This document shows positions 56,900-64,000 of a stretch of DNA of 64,000 nucleotides, piece after piece. Under the pieces are notes generated by a model. That model was not told the origin of the DNA. It saw only the letters and a list, made by a program, of their open reading frames with translations, and ran no database searches. Each line of letters starts with the position of its first letter. The stretch's first letter is position 1. The DNA lies in the NCBI GenBank assembly GCA_050248915.1, contig JBFWRL010000007.1, positions 6,084 through 70,083 of the forward strand. Reading direction: 5' to 3'. The DNA is from Candidatus Sericytochromatia bacterium. GTDB lineage: Bacteria > Cyanobacteriota > Sericytochromatia > UBA7694. A program made the translations under genes and the position numbers.

Positions 56900-56930
56900 A
56901 CCCGATAGGCTGAAAAGAGGTAAATCATGC
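56900..56930 (+). promoter_or_regulatory. Candidate sigma-28 (FliA)-type promoter upstream of fliK
   Basis: TTAAGTTA-N12-CCGATAG against consensus TAAAGTTT-N11-GCCGATAA. Ends immediately before the fliK ATG. Confidence 0.35.
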
Positions 56931-58465
56931 AAACGCTTTTTAGCCCCCTTTCACAAACCGCCGAAGTGGGGCCTTCAAAACCAAACCAACCGGCCCAATC
57001 GGTGGTCCCAGCAGAGGGCTCCGAAAGTTTTGCCATGGTCTTTGACGAAACCCAAAAGCAGCATTTAGAAACACCCGCCGAAAGTCCAACTCCCTCAGTG
57101 CCAGAGCCACTGCCGACCAATGCTGAAGCCCCCCCAGCGGCCCTCTTTATTCAAGCCTCGATCCAAAGCCTTTTGCTCAATTTAGGCCCTGTAACCGACC
57201 CTGTGGGGCCCACAAGCGAAGCAGTAGCAGACAGTCAAATGGCCCCCATTACAGAGAGCCCAAGTGATGCCGCAGAAACCCCAGCTCTGCCAGATGGCCA
57301 AATACCTGTGCCCAGTTCCGCAGAAGCGTTTCCCAAACCAGCCGAAACGACAAACACACCCCAGGCAGCACAAGCGGCAGACAGCCCCGCTCCCTTACAG
57401 GTCGCGGAACAGCCCCCCTTCCCCGCCAGCAGCGAAACCACACAGACGGCCCCAGAGCAGTCAAGTGAACAGCCAAATGAGCAGTCAAGTGAGCAGTCAA
57501 GTGCGCCAACCGGGCCAGGCGCCCCCCCAGCAGTCCAGACGCAGACAGCCCCACAAGGAGCGGTTTCAACCGAATCACCCTTACCTGTTCTGGAGCCAAA
57601 TAAGCCAATTCAGGCAGAACAAAGCCAATCAGAATCCCCTTCTGAAACCGAAGCTGAAACAGAGGCTGAAACAGAAAATGAGCCCAAAACACAGGTATTT
57701 TGGGGCCCGCCCCGTCCCAAACAGGCCCCCATCGCTTTGGCCCAGACCAAAGAAACACATTCCGCCATTTCACCCATGCCAACGCCTCAGCTTGTCAGAG
57801 AAACAGACCTCTCTCCGGATTTGAATGCATTGACAGACCAAGATCCATTACAGTCCCCACTCCCCCATTCGGGCTTGGAAAACCTTCAACCCAGTCATGT
57901 GCCTGCAACCCCCACAACAGAATCAGCAGCAGTGCAAATGCCGCTCTTGCAAATGTCTGCCCCCGCCGAAAGTACCCAGGTCTCCAAAGAGCTAACAGCC
58001 CCGGCAGAAACATCACCGAAGCCCACCACAGAAGCAGAAAATCTGCGTTTTGCCCCATTGGGTGAACGCATCCGCCTGTTGCGTCAAACGGGTCAAAACC
58101 AAATGCGTTTGAATTTACAGCCCGCAGAGTTGGGCCGGGTTTCGCTGCAAATTGTGCAAAAGGAACAGGAATTACATTTGCATATTTTCACAGACACGGT
58201 TTTGGCCAAAGAGCTTTTGGAAAGCCAAATCGGCCAGCTCAAGCAGGCCCTGTCGCAGCAGGGTTTAAATTTGCAGCAATGCCAAATAGAGGTCAATCCT
58301 GAGCAAAGTGGTCAGGATTTCTCCCAGGAACGCCCCTCACAACACCCCACCCAGCAATCAGCGAAAACAGGGCAAAGTGACTGGGACGATGCCGAATTTG
58401 AACTGAATTTGAGTGATCTTCAACATCCCCAACCAGACGCCAACCGCGTCAATTATTTGGCTTAA
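56927..58465 (+). CDS. fliK: Flagellar hook-length control protein FliK
   Basis: Pro/Ala/Gln/Ser-rich N-terminal region. C-terminal LQPAELGRVSLQIV...LHLHIFTD...A.ELLESQIGQLKQAL matches the FliK C-terminal domain. Position just before flgD-flgE. Confidence 0.65.
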   Translation: MQTLFSPLSQTAEVGPSKPNQPAQSVVPAEGSESFAMVFDETQKQHLETPAESPTPSVPEPLPTNAEAPPAALFIQASIQSLLLNLGPVTDPVGPTSEAVADSQMAPITESPSDAAETPALPDGQIPVPSSAEAFPKPAETTNTPQAAQAADSPAPLQVAEQPPFPASSETTQTAPEQSSEQPNEQSSEQSSAPTGPGAPPAVQTQTAPQGAVSTESPLPVLEPNKPIQAEQSQSESPSETEAETEAETENEPKTQVFWGPPRPKQAPIALAQTKETHSAISPMPTPQLVRETDLSPDLNALTDQDPLQSPLPHSGLENLQPSHVPATPTTESAAVQMPLLQMSAPAESTQVSKELTAPAETSPKPTTEAENLRFAPLGERIRLLRQTGQNQMRLNLQPAELGRVSLQIVQKEQELHLHIFTDTVLAKELLESQIGQLKQALSQQGLNLQQCQIEVNPEQSGQDFSQERPSQHPTQQSAKTGQSDWDDAEFELNLSDLQHPQPDANRVNYLA

Positions 58466-58476
58466 AGGAGTTTTAA

Positions 58477-58902
58477 ATGCCCATCCTCGATCCCCTGATC
58501 TTTAACACCCCGCAGAAAGCGGCCGATGCCCTACCCAGCCAACAGATGGGGAAAAATGACTTTCTCAATTTGCTGATGGTGCAATTGCGCAATCAGGATC
58601 CCCTGAATGTGCAAGATGATCGCGAGTTTATCGCCCAAATGGCCCAATTCAGCTCGTTGGAGCAAACCACCAATTTGGCGCTGGCGCTTGAGAATTTGGT
58701 GGGTTTTCAGCAGTTGACCCAGGGCAGCTCGCTCTTGGGAAAAGAAGTGGAGGCCCTGTATACCTCTGAAGACGGTGAAAATGCCGAAAGTTTGCAAGGC
58801 GTTGTCACTGAAACCCGCATGATCAGTGGTGAAGCCTTTGTGGTGGTCGATGACAAAGTCATCCCCATGAAAAATATCACCCGTGTGAGCGAAAAGAAAT
58901 AG
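58477..58902 (+). CDS. flgD: Flagellar hook capping/assembly protein FlgD
   Basis: GKNDFLNLLMVQLRNQDPLNVQDDREFIAQMAQFSSLEQ is the FlgD N-terminal signature. Confidence 0.8.
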   Translation: MPILDPLIFNTPQKAADALPSQQMGKNDFLNLLMVQLRNQDPLNVQDDREFIAQMAQFSSLEQTTNLALALENLVGFQQLTQGSSLLGKEVEALYTSEDGENAESLQGVVTETRMISGEAFVVVDDKVIPMKNITRVSEKK

Positions 58903-58961
58903 AGATTTTAAACCATGAAACAGTTTATTTTAAGCAATGACCACTCAGGGAGGCAGATATC

Positions 58962-61127
58962 ATGTATCGCGCATTTAGTACGGCAGTAACCGGCCTGCAG
59001 GCCAATCAAACCCGCATGGAAGTGATTGGCAATAATATAGCCAATGTCAACACCACCGCTTTTAAAGCCAATCGCGCCACCTTCGAAGAGCTCTTTGCCC
59101 AAACCCTGAGAGGCGCGGGCGAGCCGACCGGCAACCGTGGCGGCACCAACCCCATGCAAATTGGTCTGGGAACCCATGTGACTTCCATCGATACCATTCA
59201 CTCCCAAGGCGCTCTGCTCACAACTGGCAAAAATACCGATGTGGCCATTCAGGGCAAGGGATTTTTGGTCATGCGCGATTCACAGGGAGCAAAACTTTAC
59301 AGTCGCGATGGCAATCTCGGCCTGGACGCAGATCGCCGCTTGGTCAATGCCACGGGCCTGCTGGTACAAGGTTATTCTGCTGACAAACAGGGAATCATTC
59401 GCGAAAATGGCCCCATCTCAGATATTGTGATTGAAGCCAATCGCACCTTCCCTCCCAAATCCACCACCAAAGTCAATGTGGCTGGCAATATTTACCGCCC
59501 TTCGGTGCTGACTTCCAGCGAGGCCTACGCTCACGCTCAGCAAGGTCGCATCACATCCGGTGTGGCTGTGACAGGCTTTGGCGGCGCGGGCGGCCAGTTG
59601 CAGCTCGGAGCAGCCAATCCCAATACCCTGGATGCGGGTGAGTTGACCATCAACAATGTCTCGATTGTGGGTGGGATTCCCCTTGTCAATCCCGGTGATA
59701 CCACCACCACGGTAATGCAAAAAATAGCCGACTTGATCAATTTCCACAAAGACAAAACCAATGTGGTCGCCACAGTCAAACAAGCAGCCAGCACGGGAGC
59801 TGGCCAAGATCAAATTGTTTTGACCCAACTCCAACCGGGCCCCGACAAACAAATTGTGGTTGCAGGCACAGGTCTGGCAGGCATCAGCCTGAACGGCACC
59901 CAACTGTTTACAGCCGGCACCACCACCATTGAAACCACTTCCAGCAATACCACCGGTCAAGTCACAGCGGCCTCAATCAGCTTGGTCAGTGGAGACATAC
60001 TGGTTAATGGCGTGGATATTGGTTCTTTGGCGGCCACACCGGCCACCAGCACCTCTGAGCAAAACGCCCAAGCGATTATCTCGTTGATCAACGCCAAAAC
60101 AGATATCACCGGCGTGACCGCCTTTTCAGACGGCAATGGACGCATTTCGATGCGCGCCACGGCCCGAGATATTATTCTCAGTGGTCAAACGGTCGCGGCA
60201 GGAGCCATCCCCACTGCCGCTACACCCGGCGGGGGAGCCAATGTTTCGGGCCTGTTTACAGGTCTCAATCGGGCCAAGACAGCGTCTGTCATTGCCGGAA
60301 CCAGCACCGATGTCTTTGATGCCTTGGGTGCAAAACATACCGTTGGCCTGGATTTTGTCTCAGATTATGACGTGGTCACCGATGCGGCTGGCATTGTTCA
60401 AGGCACCCGTGATGCGGGGATTTGGAATTGGGCAGCCAGCTCTGGCGAACCCAATGTGGCCGTCTTGAGCAGTGATGGCAATGCCGCTGGTAGCAATGTG
60501 CCGCTGCGCTCGGTGCGTTTTAACGACAAAGGCATTCTGAGCAATTTTTCGGGCCGCTTTACCCTGAACTTTTTAAACAGCGACGCGATTACCTCAACCT
60601 CGATTTTCTCCTTTAATACCAATCTGAGCCCCAATGTGGCCCAACCCCAGCCCATGACGGTGGATGTGGGTACCGTCGGGGATACCAATGGCCTGACCCA
60701 GTTCAGCGCCCCCCGCACCTTGACAGTGGCAACCCAGGATGGCTATTCAGCTGGGGATCTCAATTCGTTTACCATCGCACCCGATGGCACCATCCGCGGC
60801 TTGTTTTCCAACGGTCAATTATTGGCCTTGGGCAAATTGGCGATTGCCAGTTTTGTCAACGAAGGCGGTTTGATTCGCGGCCATCAAAGTTCCAGCCAGG
60901 GAGGCAACGTCTATCAGGAGACCCCCAACTCCGGCAATGCCCGGATTGGAGCAGCCCAAACAGCAGGAAACGGAACCATCGTGGGAGGAACCTTAGAGGG
61001 TTCAAACGTGGACCTGGCCGAACAATTCACAGATATGATTGTGACCCAACGCGCTTTCCAGGCAAATTCCCGCACGATCACCACCGCCGATGAAATGCTT
61101 CAGGAAGTGCTATCCTTGAGAAGGTAA
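58962..61127 (+). CDS. flgE: Flagellar hook protein FlgE (long form, 721 aa)
   Basis: N-terminal MYRAFSTAVTGLQANQTRMEVIGNNIANVNT. C-terminal LEGSNVDLAEQFTDMIVTQRAFQANSR..TADEMLQEV. Confidence 0.9.
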   Translation: MYRAFSTAVTGLQANQTRMEVIGNNIANVNTTAFKANRATFEELFAQTLRGAGEPTGNRGGTNPMQIGLGTHVTSIDTIHSQGALLTTGKNTDVAIQGKGFLVMRDSQGAKLYSRDGNLGLDADRRLVNATGLLVQGYSADKQGIIRENGPISDIVIEANRTFPPKSTTKVNVAGNIYRPSVLTSSEAYAHAQQGRITSGVAVTGFGGAGGQLQLGAANPNTLDAGELTINNVSIVGGIPLVNPGDTTTTVMQKIADLINFHKDKTNVVATVKQAASTGAGQDQIVLTQLQPGPDKQIVVAGTGLAGISLNGTQLFTAGTTTIETTSSNTTGQVTAASISLVSGDILVNGVDIGSLAATPATSTSEQNAQAIISLINAKTDITGVTAFSDGNGRISMRATARDIILSGQTVAAGAIPTAATPGGGANVSGLFTGLNRAKTASVIAGTSTDVFDALGAKHTVGLDFVSDYDVVTDAAGIVQGTRDAGIWNWAASSGEPNVAVLSSDGNAAGSNVPLRSVRFNDKGILSNFSGRFTLNFLNSDAITSTSIFSFNTNLSPNVAQPQPMTVDVGTVGDTNGLTQFSAPRTLTVATQDGYSAGDLNSFTIAPDGTIRGLFSNGQLLALGKLAIASFVNEGGLIRGHQSSSQGGNVYQETPNSGNARIGAAQTAGNGTIVGGTLEGSNVDLAEQFTDMIVTQRAFQANSRTITTADEMLQEVLSLRR

Positions 61128-61132
61128 GCTAA

Positions 61133-61357
61133 ATGATTAAACTGACCCGCCTCAATGGCCAAGCCATTGTGGTCAACGCAGATCTGATTAAATTTCTAGA
61201 GGCCACGCCAGACACGCTTTTAACTCTGTCTAATGGTGAAAAGTTAATGGTCAAGGAGTCGATTGAAACCGTGATAGACAGCTTTATCCTGTTTCGTCGC
61301 CAAACCTTGGAACCCGTGGTAAGGCCCCTGGAAATCGAAGCCGAAGCAGGTCTGTGA
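61133..61357 (+). CDS. flbD: Flagellar protein FlbD
   Basis: MIKLTRLNGQAIVVNADLIKFLEATPDTLLTLSNGEKLMVKES is collinear with the small FlbD of Borrelia/Bacillus-type operons. Confidence 0.8.
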   Translation: MIKLTRLNGQAIVVNADLIKFLEATPDTLLTLSNGEKLMVKESIETVIDSFILFRRQTLEPVVRPLEIEAEAGL

Positions 61358-61383
61358 TACAATATGTTGGGATTTTGTAAAAC

Positions 61384-62181
61384 ATGGATTTAACCGCACC
61401 CATTGGACTATTAATTGCCCTGATTGGGATTATTGGGGGCCGCGTCTTAGAAGGCGGCAGCCCGCTTTTTCTCTTGCAGCACACGGCCTTTGTGATCGTT
61501 GCCGGGGGTACAATTGGGGCCATGATCTACAGCTCACGCAGCCTGGATATTTTGGCCTTTCCCAATCATTTGCGCAAAACATTTGTCAAAAGTGAAACCC
61601 GTGCTGAAGAGATCATCCCCCAATTGGTGCGTTTTGCCGAAAAAGCCCGCCGTGAAGGCCTGCTCTCATTGGAGCGGGAAGTGCCCAATGTCGAAGATGA
61701 ATTTCTCAAACAGGGCTTGCAATTGGTGGCCGATGGGACCGATCCCGAGATCGTGAAATCAATTCTGACCATTCAATTGGAACAGCAAGAAGTTCGCCAC
61801 GAGCGGGTGGTCAAAATGTATGAGTCGGGCGGTGGATACGCCCCCACGATTGGGATCATTGGGGCTGTTTTGGGTCTGATTTCGGTCATGGAACATCTGC
61901 ATGAAGGCATTGAAAAAGTCGGGCCGGGCATTGCGGTGGCGTTTGTGGCCACGATTTATGGTCTGGTACTCGCCAATATTCTGCTCTTTCCCATGGCGGC
62001 AAAACTCCGCATCAACAGTCAATCCGAGCTATTGGTGCGCGAACTGATTCTGGAGGGCATCTTGTCAATTCAGGCCGGAGATAATCCCCGCATCATTGAA
62101 GAGCGTCTCAAGGCCTTTTTGTCTGCCACCGAACGCAAAACCTATGAAGCCAATCGGGAAAGCCGAAAGGGCAATGCGTGA
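61384..62181 (+). CDS. motA: Flagellar motor stator protein MotA
   Basis: Four TM helices and the conserved plug/cytoplasmic loop (…YESGGGYAPTIGIIGAVLGLI…AFVATIYGL…). Confidence 0.88.
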   Translation: MDLTAPIGLLIALIGIIGGRVLEGGSPLFLLQHTAFVIVAGGTIGAMIYSSRSLDILAFPNHLRKTFVKSETRAEEIIPQLVRFAEKARREGLLSLEREVPNVEDEFLKQGLQLVADGTDPEIVKSILTIQLEQQEVRHERVVKMYESGGGYAPTIGIIGAVLGLISVMEHLHEGIEKVGPGIAVAFVATIYGLVLANILLFPMAAKLRINSQSELLVRELILEGILSIQAGDNPRIIEERLKAFLSATERKTYEANRESRKGNA

Positions 62182-63008
62182 GTCGACGTCGCAAAGTTGC
62201 CGTCTCCCATGTCAATCATGAGCGCTGGATGGTCTCATTTGCTGATTTCATGACCCTGCTCTTTGCCCTGTTTGTGGTGCTCTTCGCGGTCTCTTCCGTC
62301 GATCAACAAAAATACCAGCAAATGACCGAGTCTGTCGAGAAGGCCTTTGGGGTGATTCCCCAACAGGGAGACGGACTGCTCGAAAGCCGACCGGGCACCC
62401 CCAGTCAGGTCAGTATTGTGCCGCCTGTGGTGCAATACCCGCCCATGAATCCAGTCAAGAGCAGCCCAGACAAAACCACCGAGCAAATGCAAAACCTGCT
62501 CAAACAAGCACCCGAATTGGCCAAGATGATGAGTTTACGCCAAGAAGAGCGGGGACTGGTCTTGCAATTACAAGAAAGTCTGTTCTTCGACAGTGGCAGT
62601 GCCCAACTCAAACCAAATGCCTTACCACCCTTAAAAAAGCTCGTCGCAGCACTTGAAAAAATGCCTCTTTCGCTGCGGGTCGAGGGCCATACCGACAATA
62701 TTCCCGTCAAAGGGAGTTTTGGTTCAAATTGGGCCCTGTCTGCAGCCAGAGCAACGCAAGTCTTGCAGTTCTTGCTACAACATAGCAAAATACAGCCCCA
62801 ACGTCTCTCGATGGCAGGGTATGGGGAATACCATCCCATTGCCTCCAACAGTGATGAAAGTGGCCGGCGCAAAAACCGCCGCGTAGATATTGTGCTTTTG
62901 AGTCCGCGCGCAGATCTTCAAGAACCCCAGAATCAGGGGTATACTACCCAAGCACCTGACAGTCTCAATCAGGAACTTGAATCCAAACTTTCGACCAGGA
63001 GGAATTGA
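62178..63008 (+). CDS. motB: Flagellar motor stator protein MotB (OmpA-like C-terminal domain)
   Basis: N-terminal WMVSFADFMTLLFALFVVLFA with the conserved Asp. C-terminal OmpA motif VEGHTDN...SNWALSAARA...NRRVDIVLL. 4-bp overlap with motA. Confidence 0.9.
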   Translation: MSRRRKVAVSHVNHERWMVSFADFMTLLFALFVVLFAVSSVDQQKYQQMTESVEKAFGVIPQQGDGLLESRPGTPSQVSIVPPVVQYPPMNPVKSSPDKTTEQMQNLLKQAPELAKMMSLRQEERGLVLQLQESLFFDSGSAQLKPNALPPLKKLVAALEKMPLSLRVEGHTDNIPVKGSFGSNWALSAARATQVLQFLLQHSKIQPQRLSMAGYGEYHPIASNSDESGRRKNRRVDIVLLSPRADLQEPQNQGYTTQAPDSLNQELESKLSTRRN

Positions 63009-63011
63009 GGA

Positions 63012-63602
63012 ATGGCAGCACGATTGAGTGGTCGTCCCACTCCACGACGAAAGGGCCAGGAAAACCCTGAAGAGGCCACACCGCCGATTGCAGCCAAACA
63101 GCCCAGGCAAAATCTGCTTTTGATCATTGCTTTGACAACCGCCCTTTTGATTGCAGGGCTTTCAACAGGTGCCTTGGTCTGGATGACCCTCAATCCAGGG
63201 GGATTAAAAAGCAGCAATAGCAGCGAAAGCAGTGCTGAATTTGCGGCGGGCCCCATGATTGAATTGGGCCAATTTACGGTCAATCTGGGGGATATCAACC
63301 AACGGCGATTTTTGAGAACCTCCCTGACTTTGGCCTTTACCACCTCCGATCAGGCCTTCCTGACAGGCAATGCCCAACGCAAAGAGGCCTGGCTGAGTGA
63401 ACTCAAAAATCAGATGAAAGATAAACGCCCGATCTTTCAGGATATCGTGGTCACCACCCTGAGTGCAAAATCGGCCCAGGCTCTGGGCAGCCCCCAAGGC
63501 AAAACAGAGTTAAAAGCGGAACTCACCACCCGCCTGAATCAATACCTCAGCAAAGAGACCCATATCCAAGATGTGTTTTTAACCGAGTTTATCATTCAAT
63601 AA
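63012..63602 (+). CDS. fliL: Flagellar basal-body-associated protein FliL
   Basis: Single TM helix then ...IELGQFTVNLGDINQRRFLRTSLTLAF... typical of FliL. Position after motB. Confidence 0.75.
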   Translation: MAARLSGRPTPRRKGQENPEEATPPIAAKQPRQNLLLIIALTTALLIAGLSTGALVWMTLNPGGLKSSNSSESSAEFAAGPMIELGQFTVNLGDINQRRFLRTSLTLAFTTSDQAFLTGNAQRKEAWLSELKNQMKDKRPIFQDIVVTTLSAKSAQALGSPQGKTELKAELTTRLNQYLSKETHIQDVFLTEFIIQ

Positions 63603-64000
63603 TTGCGCCACTTGTCCCTTTTGGGTGTGGACGTGGGTTTTCAGAGCCGTTATAATACAAGTCATGGTAAATATTGCTAATTGCAACAAAATATTGCTTT
63701 CTGTAAAGGCCCTGCTGTGTTTTCAGCTGCTCTGGCCACTTTCAGCTTACTCCCAAGCCAACCACGTCAACCGCATTTACGCGCCCCCGCAAATTTCAGC
63801 GGCGATTTACCAAGAATTTCAGGTCTTGATGGGCCAGCATTCGCTCTTAAAAACCCCTTTGCCAACAGACAGCTATTATGTTCTACGGCTGTTAAATTAT
63901 CAACGCAAACCCGCTGAACATGGCTATTGGGCCCAACTGCATCTCGATGAACAACAGGAAATTTTAAGTCTTCAGGTGCGGCTCGAAATCTGGAATAAAG

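Noticed and set aside
63681-63917. 78-aa ORF after fliL, where fliM might be expected
   Set aside because: No similarity to the FliM N-terminus, and it is low-complexity. A different frame appears to open near 63905 and run off the window, but it is too short to call.
1-64000. CRISPR arrays, rRNA, IS elements or transposases
   Set aside because: No regularly spaced direct repeats, no rRNA-like conserved blocks and no transposase/integrase-like ORFs were seen. The only tandem repeats are coding (35348-35403; 11374-13143).

Overview
This is a 64 kb bacterial chromosomal segment, apparently around 55% GC, tightly packed with about 55 protein-coding genes on both strands. I found no rRNA, tRNA or CRISPR array.

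Confident housekeeping anchors:
- thioredoxin (trxA)
- primosomal helicase PriA
- lysyl-tRNA synthetase (lysS)
- a fused biotin carboxylase/BCCP acyl-CoA carboxylase alpha subunit
- an acyl-CoA dehydrogenase
- a DegT-family aminotransferase
- isochorismate synthase
- a SpoVS homolog
- a yefM-yoeB toxin-antitoxin pair

The 3' end carries a contiguous flagellar block: fliK-flgD-flgE-flbD-motA-motB-fliL, with a sigma-28-like promoter upstream.

Much of the rest is accessory-looking material:
- At the 5' end, a set of small-molecule tailoring genes: a DDAH-like amidinotransferase-fold protein, a hexapeptide-repeat transferase, a PhyH-family Fe/2OG dioxygenase, a TylF-type O-methyltransferase and an EntD/Sfp-type PPTase.
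- A lipoprotein built of six tandem ~95-aa Ig/PKD-like repeats, next to an HExxH lipoprotein.
- A 700-bp non-coding region with a 14-bp long-range inverted repeat.
- A eukaryotic-like protein-kinase-fold protein next to a TerB-like protein.
- An 865-aa HExxH zincin, effector-like.
- An AT-rich island beside the TA pair.
- Several clusters of very large coiled-coil or Gln-rich proteins of unknown function. The most notable is a translationally coupled three-gene operon (1167, 505 and 606 aa) with no recognisable enzymatic domains. It is my best candidate for an undescribed system.

Taxonomy cannot be fixed from sequence alone. The flagellar gene order, SpoVS, DUF420/DUF423 and UPF0175 fit a non-proteobacterial, possibly deep-branching or predatory/host-associated lineage, but that is inference.
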